Shown in pieces: positions 44,377 to 53,448 of a DNA stretch of 54,110 nt. The DNA lies in contig JAYPIL010000004.1 of assembly GCA_038127845.1 (NCBI GenBank), forward strand, positions 1 through 54,110, read 5' to 3'. The notes below the pieces were generated by a model. The model was not told where the DNA came from and did no database searches. It worked only from the letters and a program-made list of their open reading frames with translations. The stretch comes from Poseidonia sp. (GTDB lineage Archaea; Thermoplasmatota; Poseidoniia; Poseidoniales; Poseidoniaceae). Each line of letters starts with the position of its first letter. Position 1 is the stretch's first letter. Made by a program: the position numbers and the translations under genes.

Positions 44377-45975
44377 ATGGGTGAGCCATGGTCCAACATT
44401 GCTGCCCTTTTGAGGCAGCAAAAACTGCTGGCACCTCAATCGCTCCAGGAACGTCTGATGGGCCTTGAGAACGCAAAAGCGGTCATTCAAGCGGCGGACG
44501 CCTTGAACTATTCCGGCGGCATGCTCACCGCATCCATGCTGGACGAAATGGTGACGCACGCTGAGGGGGGAATCGCACCAGCCTCCACCCCTCCAGAGAT
44601 CGTGGCTCAACCAGCAACCGACCTCGCAAGAACCGTAGCGCCGTTGCACGAACCCGAACCGGTTGACTTGATGTTGAGAAACAACCTGCCAGACTGGAAT
44701 GTGCAAGATTTCTCAATGCTCGCCAGCGATGCCTCGTCGGACATTTCGGTCCATTACGACATCACCGGGAATTCCACCACGGAAGGGAAGATGTCGGATA
44801 TCACGGCCTGTTTCAACGACCGCCTGAAGAGCATTCGCAAACTCATCATTCAGAATTCCAACCTGCCTCGCAAGCATCAGGAAATCTCGAGATTGCTGGC
44901 AGAGAGTTCGCGCTACCAAGGGTACGACAACAAGGCGGTGGCCATCGGCTTGGTCAACGAGCCTCGATACACCAAGAACGGTCACCTCATCTGGGGTCTC
45001 GAAGACGAAACGGGGGAGATGACCTGCCTGCTCACCAAACGGACCGGCGACGACCGAGACCGGGCCCACGAGCAGATCCTTGAAGCGGGCCTGATGCCCG
45101 ACGATGTGATGGGCGTTTCAGGCACCTTCAGTCAGACGGGTGACCTGTTCTATGTGGATGACCTCCATTTCCCGCTTGAAAGCAAGCACAAGAAAGTCAG
45201 CGCCGAACAGGGCGTGAGCGTCGCCTTCCTCTCCGACATTCACGTCGGCTCCAAGACCTTCCTTGAGGCTCAATGGCACAAAATGGTGCGTTGGTTCCAC
45301 CAAGACCCGCTGGCGAAGACCATCAAGTACCTCATTTTGTCAGGAGATTGCGTTGACGGTGTTGGCATTTATCCCGGCCAGGACAAGGAACTCGCCATCC
45401 CGGACCTCTTCGCCCAATACACCGAATTCGCTCGCCTCCTTGAGCTGTTACCGGACTGGGTGGAGTGCTTGATGTTGCCCGGCAATCACGACGCTGTTCG
45501 TCCTGCTGAGCCGCAACCAACCTTTGAGAAAGACATTCAGCAGGATTACAACACGACCACCTTTGTCGGCAATCCCTGTGATTTCTCGCTCCACGGCGTT
45601 CGCTTGCTTTCCTATCACGGCAAGTCCATCGACGATTTCGTCGCCGGCCTCAAGACGGTTACCTACGCCGACCCGGTCGAAGCCATGAGAGAAATGCTTC
45701 GACGTCGTCACCTCGCACCCCAGTGGGGAGGAAAAACGCCGCTCTCACCCGAACCTGAAGACGGGCTGGTCATACGGGAGGTTCCGGATATCTTCGTTAC
45801 CGGTCACGTTCACGGCCACGAATGTGTTGATTTCCGCGGTACGACACTGGTGTGTTCGAGTACATGGCAGGACCAAACCTCGTATCAGCGGATGCTTGGA
45901 TTCCAACCGAAGCCGTGCATGTTGACCATCATCAACCTCAAGAGCCACAAATCCATTTCAATTCCGTTTGCCTGA
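44377..45975 (+). CDS. DNA polymerase II (PolD) small subunit DP1
   Basis: Calcineurin-like phosphoesterase motifs occur in PolD-DP1 order: FLSDIHVGS, LILSGDCVDGVGIYPGQ, LPGNHDAVR and VTGHVHGHE. An OB-like region (VAIGLVNEPRYTKNGHLIWGLEDETGEM) precedes them. Confidence 0.88.
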   Translation: MGEPWSNIAALLRQQKLLAPQSLQERLMGLENAKAVIQAADALNYSGGMLTASMLDEMVTHAEGGIAPASTPPEIVAQPATDLARTVAPLHEPEPVDLMLRNNLPDWNVQDFSMLASDASSDISVHYDITGNSTTEGKMSDITACFNDRLKSIRKLIIQNSNLPRKHQEISRLLAESSRYQGYDNKAVAIGLVNEPRYTKNGHLIWGLEDETGEMTCLLTKRTGDDRDRAHEQILEAGLMPDDVMGVSGTFSQTGDLFYVDDLHFPLESKHKKVSAEQGVSVAFLSDIHVGSKTFLEAQWHKMVRWFHQDPLAKTIKYLILSGDCVDGVGIYPGQDKELAIPDLFAQYTEFARLLELLPDWVECLMLPGNHDAVRPAEPQPTFEKDIQQDYNTTTFVGNPCDFSLHGVRLLSYHGKSIDDFVAGLKTVTYADPVEAMREMLRRRHLAPQWGGKTPLSPEPEDGLVIREVPDIFVTGHVHGHECVDFRGTTLVCSSTWQDQTSYQRMLGFQPKPCMLTIINLKSHKSISIPFA

Positions 45976-45978
45976 CCT

Positions 45979-48900
45979 TCACTTCCAAATGTCCTCGTCT
46001 TCGGGTCCGTGCGAGCGAACACGAAGGAAGGCCAACAGCACGAGAAGGGCAACGACCAGCGCAACAAGTTGCAACGTACTGCTGGAGATGCCAGCCGCTT
46101 CGTCGGTGTTCTCATCCTCGCCGTCACCGTTGGAATCGGGGGTTTCGACCGAGGCCCCGACGTCAACGGTAAAGGACATCGACGTCGAGTTGCTGTTGCC
46201 CGATGCGTCAGCGCCGATGACCTCGAGGTCGTAGGTGCCGTCACCGAGGATATCGGTCGTAAAGGCGTGGTTTTTCTTGGTGGCGAAGGCGTCTTCGTAA
46301 ACGGTGTTTCCGTTGATCACGACTTGTTCTGTGGCACTTTCCGAGGTGTACCACGTCACGACGACTCGGCCGTCTTCAAGGACCTCTGCTGCGAGATTGA
46401 GCAGTTCGGGAGGGGTGGTATCGACCACGTTGCTGGTGGTGAAGTTCACCATCACATCATCCGTTTCGTTCGCTGAGATGTACACGGAATAGGAGGTGTT
46501 GGTCTCCAAACCGGTGAGCGTCACGGCATGGTCGGTACCAGGCGGTGTCCACTGCGGAGGTTCCGAACCGTCTGGCGATGCGCCGACGGGTGCAATTCGG
46601 ACGGCGGTTGAGTCAGCGACGGTGGTGGACCAAGTCAACACCGCCGAGGTGGAAGTCACGGTATCGACGGACGCCCCGAAGATTTGCTGTGGGACTTCGG
46701 GCATCTCAAACCCGGTGAGTTGAGCGTAGGTATGGCCTGCAACGTCGTAGCCGGCAAGCATTGCTGTTTGTCCGTCGCCTTCGAGGATGATGTCGATGAT
46801 GTTGGGGTCGTAATCAATGCCATCATCGGGTGCTGGATTCTCTCCTCCGCCGAGCGTCCATGTTGAGGGGTTTTCAGTGACATCTCGCCACTTGCCCGTG
46901 CCAAAACCGTCTTGGCTGCCAACAACGACGATGTATCGGTAATTTGCAATATCGGAACCAATGACATCCTTGCTGACGGTGAAGGTGATGGTCTTCGCAT
47001 CCACATCACCCGTCACGTCAACGCCGCGAGCAGAAGTGCTTCCCGTTTCGGCCTGCACCGCCTGCACGGCACCGGGCTCACCCGTACCGCTGATGGCCAC
47101 TTCCCAAGCCCAATCGGGATGGACTTCCGCATTAGCACCCGTCAACATCGTGGTCCGACCGTAGGAAGATTCTCCCTGATCGACGTAAATTTGGACGATT
47201 TGGTGACTGAACCCGTTGGAAAGACCCCATATATCCGTCATCTCGCTCATGGTGAGAATGAATTGTGCATTCCAAGCACTCTGGCGTACGGTAAGGTGCG
47301 TCGCATCCCAAAGACCTCCTTGACCGTCGGGTGTGCTGAAATCCGAGGCGAGCGGATAGGTGTAATCTCCGTCCCCCGTTTCGTCGCCAACAGCATCGTT
47401 CAGTTCCAGCAGGGTGACCCACTCTTCAAGGTCCGGAAGCACCATCTCTGCAGGAGCGGGTGGAGCCATTTCCGCGTCGATGCCGTCGCCATACGACAAG
47501 GAATCACGCCACGAGGTCACGACCTTCACTCGGGTAGAATAGCGCGGTGCCAGCCCGATATCCGCCCAAGGAATGGCGAATTCGTAGACGTCGTCCACGG
47601 CACAACCGCCCAAATTTGAACTTCCGGAAAGGACCCATCGTTCTTGGTCGCCGACCTTTCCTTGGGCGCTGAAGAGGTTCCATTTGGCTCGGCCATCCTC
47701 CCGTACCGTATCAAAGTCAAAGGCCACCATGTATTTGGAAGGGAACCCGAGGATTTGATTGCCGTAATAGGTTCGGAAATTGGTTTCGGCTTCGTTGAAG
47801 TTCACGGCATTCGGCTGCATGAAATAAATGGCCAAGTCTGGAGAGGTGTATTGGCCGCCTCCATCGCTTTGCTCCAACGTTTCTGGCGTGGTTGCATCCA
47901 CACGGAAGAAAACATTGGACGCGTCGTATCCGAAGTAGAACGCATCGATGTCAAACGCCCCTCCTGAAACCGGAGCATCGTACCTTGCTGCATTGTCCCA
48001 TTCCCCGGGCAGCGCCACGCCGTCGATCATCGGTTCAGCAATACCGCTGGCCGCAGGGTCTGCGATTGCAGGGTTGGTCCAGAGGTCCTGAAGGTATGGC
48101 GGAAGGTCGAGGTTGATGGCGCGATAGATGTTGGAGAGATGAACTTTGAACAGGACGTCCCAGTTCTCGTCGTACCCGCTGTCTTGGTCGAGACCGTACC
48201 ACCAATACCAATCGCTCCCCTCGGCGATGTACAACGATTCCCACGCCGCAGAAAGACCGGGGTCGTTTGGATGGCTCGCTTCAAATTCAACCAAGGCCTT
48301 TCTGGCCTCCACCAACCGCTGCCAAGCGAGGCTTTCTTCCTCCTCGCCGGCCCATGTGCGTAAGGTTCCGTCAATCCACGAGCCCGTACCTATGGTCTGG
48401 ATGGCTGGCAAATCGGTGCCTTTGGTCAAGAATTCAGAAGGCGTTGTCGTGACGATAGTGGGATGGTCTGCGAGCCTGCTGTACCATTCAGCCATGAAGG
48501 GGCGAGCGTTGTCCTGATGTTGGAATTCCGACATGAACATCCAATTTTCACCGTCAAGCGCCACCGTAAGCAGATGCTCAGAGGGGTCCTCACCGGCATC
48601 GAGGAGTTGTTGGCGAACGTTGTCGATGTAGGCGATGAAGTCGGAGACCGCAGCCTCAGGTGTCATGGTTCCGTATTGGAAGGCAATCCGGTCGGAAATC
48701 ACACGGTCGCGGAAGATGACGGCGATTTCGCCACCCTCGTCACCCGTCACCATCCACGGTGTTGCAAGGTTGGCGGCGTCCTCAACGTCAACGAGTTGGC
48801 CGTTGCTGTCCGTGGACTGCTTGAGAATCTCTTCATCGGTGACCATCCATTGGATACCAACATCGGTCACGGGTTCGACCATCGCAGGCGAAACCGCTTC

Positions 48901-50451
48901 TTCACTCGGCCACATGCCTGTCGGCCTGAAGCCAAGTTCAGCCTCGAACAAATCCATGCCCGTAACAAGGTGGTTTTGCACGTCTTCTGGCCACGCCTCT
49001 TTGTTGACCCGAATACCGTCTTCCATGGTCCAACCGTCCATCATCAAGAGGGGCATGATGGGATGGTAGTAAGGCGTGGTGGTCAATTCAACCTGCCCGT
49101 TGGCCGCCAATTCGCTGTACATTGGAAGCACGTTCCCCATGTGCTCGTGTTGAGCATCCAAGACGTAGGCGAGATCGGTCAGGTTGTAGTTGCCGTCCTG
49201 CATGAACAAGGCGATAAGGCCCTCATCGCGATGACTGGTATTGTAGGCTCCCAAGACGTAATCCGGTGAGAATTGGTAGAGGTACCACAACACCTGCAGG
49301 TCGAGGAAATCCTGTGGTGCAAGGAGGTCGTCATCCATGATGGTGGCGGGTTTCAAGTTGTGAAGGGTCATGTCGTGGAGTTCTTTGTACCGGGCGCTTG
49401 ACGGGTACAGCCACCCTAATTTTTCATCGCTTTGGGAAACATTGTAGATCCACCCGCTGTTCCAGAATGATTGGAACTGCATGGTGTGGAGTTCAAGCGC
49501 CGTTGCGTTTGGATAACCGCCCTCAGTCCACGACCGTTTTGCAATGTCCGTGTGCACGTCAAGGGTCTCGTTGAGATTGTAATCGACCAGTTGTTCAATG
49601 AACGAAGGCACCAAATTGTAGGTCACTTTGGTGTTGGTGTCGGCCAAAATGCCAGGTGAATCCACGTACTCCGTCATCGCATGCACCCGAACCCAGGGCA
49701 TTTCGTACATCCCGGTGAGTTTGTTCTTGTAGTAGGGTTGATGCTGATGGAAAACAATGGCCAAGTTGAGGGCGTCACCCACCTTTTCCACGGAGCCATG
49801 CTCCACGATGGGAAGCTGCTGGGGTGATGTGCTGTTGGAGACGTTCTCGATGAACCAAGCATGCGTGAAGGTTTCAGCACCGTTGTTCCCCGCAGGGTTC
49901 TGTGTCGGAAACGAGGTCCAGACATTACCTTCATCTTGCCATTGGGCGAACACCATGATGTCGACGGAGGACGGTGAACCCAACTCCAACCACGGCAGGG
50001 CAATCTCTGTGGCTTGGTTGTCGGCCCAACCGGCGTACAAACCGACGCTCGTGGACTGGTCTTCCCAACTGCTTCCATCATAGGCGATGTGCTGGAAGTA
50101 CGTGTCGTCTTCGAGGACAAAACCGTGATCGGCAGCAAACGGGAGGGTGTGCGCAAAGCCCCAGTCGCGGGCAAGAACGGAACCGCCCTCCGAGGTGTTG
50201 AGATAGACGAACAAGTCGGCCCCCTCAACGGTGGATTTCCAATCAGTTCCGTCCCATCCGAGGAAGAGCATGGTTTCGTTCCAGGTCATACGGAAGTCAA
50301 TGCCGTTGGTGTCCGTTTGCATCAACGAATCGCTGGCCCAGTCGCTGAAATCGCCGTCGATGGTGATGTCATCGGGCGTTGTCCCTTGTACGGCAGCAAC
50401 GAAAAGCGATGAGAAAAATAACAGCACGAGGAAGAAGGCCTTGACCCGCAT
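45979..50451 (-). CDS. Surface-anchored GH57 alpha-glucan hydrolase (amylopullulanase-like), 1,490 aa
   Basis: Start trimmed to ATG 50451, giving the signal-like N-terminus MRVKAFFLVLLFFSSLFVAAVQG.
- Five GH57 regions: FHQHQPYY, GQVELTTTPYYHPI, GMWPSEEAVS, ALDGENWMF and AEGSDWYWWYG.
- Glucodextranase-C-like segment: GDGDYTYPLASDF...
- FN3-like units.
- C-terminal TM: LQLVALVVALLVLLAFL. Confidence 0.88.
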   Translation of the reverse strand: MRVKAFFLVLLFFSSLFVAAVQGTTPDDITIDGDFSDWASDSLMQTDTNGIDFRMTWNETMLFLGWDGTDWKSTVEGADLFVYLNTSEGGSVLARDWGFAHTLPFAADHGFVLEDDTYFQHIAYDGSSWEDQSTSVGLYAGWADNQATEIALPWLELGSPSSVDIMVFAQWQDEGNVWTSFPTQNPAGNNGAETFTHAWFIENVSNSTSPQQLPIVEHGSVEKVGDALNLAIVFHQHQPYYKNKLTGMYEMPWVRVHAMTEYVDSPGILADTNTKVTYNLVPSFIEQLVDYNLNETLDVHTDIAKRSWTEGGYPNATALELHTMQFQSFWNSGWIYNVSQSDEKLGWLYPSSARYKELHDMTLHNLKPATIMDDDLLAPQDFLDLQVLWYLYQFSPDYVLGAYNTSHRDEGLIALFMQDGNYNLTDLAYVLDAQHEHMGNVLPMYSELAANGQVELTTTPYYHPIMPLLMMDGWTMEDGIRVNKEAWPEDVQNHLVTGMDLFEAELGFRPTGMWPSEEAVSPAMVEPVTDVGIQWMVTDEEILKQSTDSNGQLVDVEDAANLATPWMVTGDEGGEIAVIFRDRVISDRIAFQYGTMTPEAAVSDFIAYIDNVRQQLLDAGEDPSEHLLTVALDGENWMFMSEFQHQDNARPFMAEWYSRLADHPTIVTTTPSEFLTKGTDLPAIQTIGTGSWIDGTLRTWAGEEEESLAWQRLVEARKALVEFEASHPNDPGLSAAWESLYIAEGSDWYWWYGLDQDSGYDENWDVLFKVHLSNIYRAINLDLPPYLQDLWTNPAIADPAASGIAEPMIDGVALPGEWDNAARYDAPVSGGAFDIDAFYFGYDASNVFFRVDATTPETLEQSDGGGQYTSPDLAIYFMQPNAVNFNEAETNFRTYYGNQILGFPSKYMVAFDFDTVREDGRAKWNLFSAQGKVGDQERWVLSGSSNLGGCAVDDVYEFAIPWADIGLAPRYSTRVKVVTSWRDSLSYGDGIDAEMAPPAPAEMVLPDLEEWVTLLELNDAVGDETGDGDYTYPLASDFSTPDGQGGLWDATHLTVRQSAWNAQFILTMSEMTDIWGLSNGFSHQIVQIYVDQGESSYGRTTMLTGANAEVHPDWAWEVAISGTGEPGAVQAVQAETGSTSARGVDVTGDVDAKTITFTVSKDVIGSDIANYRYIVVVGSQDGFGTGKWRDVTENPSTWTLGGGENPAPDDGIDYDPNIIDIILEGDGQTAMLAGYDVAGHTYAQLTGFEMPEVPQQIFGASVDTVTSTSAVLTWSTTVADSTAVRIAPVGASPDGSEPPQWTPPGTDHAVTLTGLETNTSYSVYISANETDDVMVNFTTSNVVDTTPPELLNLAAEVLEDGRVVVTWYTSESATEQVVINGNTVYEDAFATKKNHAFTTDILGDGTYDLEVIGADASGNSNSTSMSFTVDVGASVETPDSNGDGEDENTDEAAGISSSTLQLVALVVALLVLLAFLRVRSHGPEDEDIWK

Positions 50452-50502
50452 CAAGGAGGCCTTGCATGATATGTTGAAAGGCTTTACCGAATTTGAGGAT
50501 TC

Positions 50503-51765
50503 ATGGGGGAGAAAGGTGTCCTGTGCCACCTCACGTCCCTGCCCGATGAATCTCTTGAAGCAGCGACGCGTTTCCTTGGCTGGTTGGCAAGCGAAGACGT
50601 TGACGCTTGGCAAATGCTGCCGATCACACCCCCGGATAAACACGGGTCTCCTTATGCCTCTCCCTCTGCTTTTGCTGCGTGGCCAGACTTGATGGAGAGC
50701 GAAAACACAGCCGAGATGGCAGAAGACGAGTACTGGCTCGAAGATTGGGGACTGTACGCAGCCATCAAGGAAGACCACGACCATCGACCCTGGTATGAAT
50801 GGCCCGCACCGCTACGTGACAGGGACCCTGACGCCCTTCATGCGTATCGAGTCGCAGCGTTGAGCCACATTCAACGCCAGCAGCGGTTTCAGGCTGCTTG
50901 GAACACCCTGAGGGACAGCGCGAAAGCAAAGGGTGTGAAGTTGGTGGGTGACCTCCCCATTTTCATCGCCCACGACTCGGCCGATGTTTGGGCCCATCGC
51001 TCATTGTTTCAACTCGACGACGAAGGCCGACCAACCCATGTAGCGGGTGTCCCTCCGGATTATTTCAGTGAAGGAGGGCAAAAGTGGGGCACGGTGCTGT
51101 ATGACTGGAGGGAGCACGAAAAAGAGCACTGGCGCTGGTGGAAAGAGCGAATGAAGCGAATGTTACGTCTGTTTGACGTTGTTCGCATCGACCACTTCCG
51201 GGGCATCCACTCCAACTGGGCAGTGCCCGTTGAGGATGATGACGCGAGGAACGGCTTCTGGCAGGAGGGGCCGAAAGAAACCATGCTGAATGCATTGGTC
51301 AGCGTGGCCACCTCACCGACATGCATTCTCGCCGAAGACCTCGGCATCATTCCCGACGAGGTCATCGCCTTACGGAAGAAGTACGGGCTCTCGGGCATGG
51401 CTGTGCTCCACTTTGGGTTCCATGGAAACCAGAAAAGCAATCCACACCACCCGCATTCCATCCAACCTGACCAGGTGGTCTACACGGGAACCCACGACAA
51501 CGACACCACCCTTGGCTGGTGGACCACGCTCGATGCCCAAGCCAAAGAATGCGTGACCGCCTTGCTCAGTGAGGATGAGGCCCCCGTCAAAGGGTTGGTG
51601 CGTCTCGCCATTGAAAGCAGGGCGAACATGGCGATGATTCCGCTACAGGACCTGCTGGGATTGGGAACCACCGCTCGGATGAACACGCCCGGTACTGCAG
51701 AGGGAAATTGGAAGTGGTCGTTTTCGTGGAAGGATTTGAACACATTGCATTTTACATCACCGTGA
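50503..51765 (+). CDS. malQ: 4-alpha-glucanotransferase (amylomaltase, GH77)
   Basis: GVLCHLTSLP, WQMLPITP..SPY, LVGDLPIFIAHDSADVW, GGQKWG, VRIDHFRGI, LAEDLG and GTHDNDT. ATG 50503 follows GAGGA. Confidence 0.88.
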   Translation: MGEKGVLCHLTSLPDESLEAATRFLGWLASEDVDAWQMLPITPPDKHGSPYASPSAFAAWPDLMESENTAEMAEDEYWLEDWGLYAAIKEDHDHRPWYEWPAPLRDRDPDALHAYRVAALSHIQRQQRFQAAWNTLRDSAKAKGVKLVGDLPIFIAHDSADVWAHRSLFQLDDEGRPTHVAGVPPDYFSEGGQKWGTVLYDWREHEKEHWRWWKERMKRMLRLFDVVRIDHFRGIHSNWAVPVEDDDARNGFWQEGPKETMLNALVSVATSPTCILAEDLGIIPDEVIALRKKYGLSGMAVLHFGFHGNQKSNPHHPHSIQPDQVVYTGTHDNDTTLGWWTTLDAQAKECVTALLSEDEAPVKGLVRLAIESRANMAMIPLQDLLGLGTTARMNTPGTAEGNWKWSFSWKDLNTLHFTSP

Positions 51766-51798
51766 ACATCATAACCCATTTTCTTTTGGGAAGTGTTG

Positions 51799-53448
51799 AT
51801 GCCTGTGCTGGCGTATTTCACCGCAGAAATCGGCTTGTGGTCGGAGTTGCACACCTACTCCGGTGGCCTTGGTGTCTTGGCGGGCGACCATGTCAAATCC
51901 GCTGCAGATACGGGCATCCCACTGGTAGGACTCAGCCTGCTTTACAGGGAGGGTTATGGCCGTCAGCATTTGGATGAAGCTGGCGAACAAACCGAAACCT
52001 ATGCACCTATCGACCCTGAAGATCACCTGACCGACACCGGCAAAAGCATCCAACTCGCCCTTGATGGCGCCACCTTATACGCAAAAATTTGGCGAACCAA
52101 CGTCGTGGGTGTCTCTGGCCATACAGTCCCTGTCTTCTTTCTCGATACCAGCCACCCCAACAACTCGCCCGACTTCATTGGCCTGGGTGCACGGCTTTAC
52201 GGAGGTGATGACAGCACACGTATCAGGCAGGAATACCTGTTGGGCGTCGGTGGTGTACGCGCCCTGCAAGCGTTGGGCTACGAGCTCGAAGGTATGCACC
52301 TGAACGAAGGTCACTGCACCTTTGCAATGCTTGAGATGCTTCGCCAAGGCTGGTCGAGGGAAACGCTCGCTGCCAAAACCCTCTTCACCACACATACGCC
52401 GGTTCCTGCCGGCCATGACCGGTTTGATTGGGCGCTGGTCAACGAGGTGATTGGCAACCTTTTGCCGGAGGATGCCGAAGACCTCGTTCGCAACGCAGGT
52501 GACCCCGAGGAAGGGAGGCGATGTTCCATGTCCCACCTCGCCGTGGCACTTTCGACTTCGGTTAATGCAGTCTCAAATCTCAACGCCCAAGTTGCATCAA
52601 CCATGTTCGGTGACGCCCATATCGCACCCATAACGAACGGCGTTCATCACATCACCTGGACCTCTCCCACCATGGGCCGATTGTTTGACGAGACGCTGCC
52701 CGGATGGAAAGAAGACCCGAGTCAACTCGGTTATGCTGGAAGCATTCCGGATGGAGCCCTGCTGGAAGCAAGGAAAACGAATCGTCGAATCCTTCGGGAA
52801 CTCGTCAAAGCCTCAACGGGTGTGGAATTGGAAGAAGACCGATTGACCATCGGTTTTGCACGCCGGTTTGCGACCTACAAGCGAGCCAACCTCGTTTTCA
52901 GCGACCTCGAGCGCCTCCGCAACATCGGGGCGGGGCGCATCCAATTCGTCTTTAGTGGCAAGGCACACCCAAAGGACGAAGGTGGCAAGCAACTCATCAG
53001 AGACATTTTTGCTTCCGCAGGCGAAGTCGCCGATGAAATTCCCGTGGCGTTCATTGAAAATTACGACATGGCCACCGGTCTTGCCATGACGAGCGGCGTG
53101 GACATTTGGCTCAACAACCCCATTCGGCCGCTTGAGGCCTCGGGGACGTCCGGAATGAAAGCAGCCATGAACGGTGTACCCAACTGCTCCATCCTGGATG
53201 GTTGGTGGCCGGAGGCTTGCGAGCACGGGGTCAACGGTTGGGCCGTTGGAACATCAGAGGATGAGCGCGACGACCACAGGGATGCCGAGAACATCTATCG
53301 CACCCTTGAGCACGAAGTCCTCCCCATTTGGGACGAAGGCCCAGAGCGTTGGGCGAAGATGATGCGTGCGAGCATTGCCACTTCAGCGAGGTTTACGGGT
53401 GCAAGAATGATTGCCGACTACCTCTACTTCTACGATCAGTTCGCTTGA
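51799..53448 (+). CDS. glgP: Alpha-glucan (maltodextrin/glycogen) phosphorylase, short archaeal/bacterial GT35 type
   Basis: AYFTAEIGL..HTYSGGLGVLAGDHVKSAAD, FTTHTPVPAGHD, and the PLP-lysine region EASGTSGMKAAMNGVPNCSILDGWW. Confidence 0.9.
   Translation: MPVLAYFTAEIGLWSELHTYSGGLGVLAGDHVKSAADTGIPLVGLSLLYREGYGRQHLDEAGEQTETYAPIDPEDHLTDTGKSIQLALDGATLYAKIWRTNVVGVSGHTVPVFFLDTSHPNNSPDFIGLGARLYGGDDSTRIRQEYLLGVGGVRALQALGYELEGMHLNEGHCTFAMLEMLRQGWSRETLAAKTLFTTHTPVPAGHDRFDWALVNEVIGNLLPEDAEDLVRNAGDPEEGRRCSMSHLAVALSTSVNAVSNLNAQVASTMFGDAHIAPITNGVHHITWTSPTMGRLFDETLPGWKEDPSQLGYAGSIPDGALLEARKTNRRILRELVKASTGVELEEDRLTIGFARRFATYKRANLVFSDLERLRNIGAGRIQFVFSGKAHPKDEGGKQLIRDIFASAGEVADEIPVAFIENYDMATGLAMTSGVDIWLNNPIRPLEASGTSGMKAAMNGVPNCSILDGWWPEACEHGVNGWAVGTSEDERDDHRDAENIYRTLEHEVLPIWDEGPERWAKMMRASIATSARFTGARMIADYLYFYDQFA

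Noticed and set aside
43555-44706. 383-aa minus-strand ORF spanning the tRNA-Val/cinA/PolD-small region
   Set aside because: It is antisense to cinA, which has unmistakable CinA motifs, and to the start of the PolD small subunit. Its translation is Cys-, Arg- and Gly-rich with no motif. It is a typical shadow ORF of GC-rich coding DNA.
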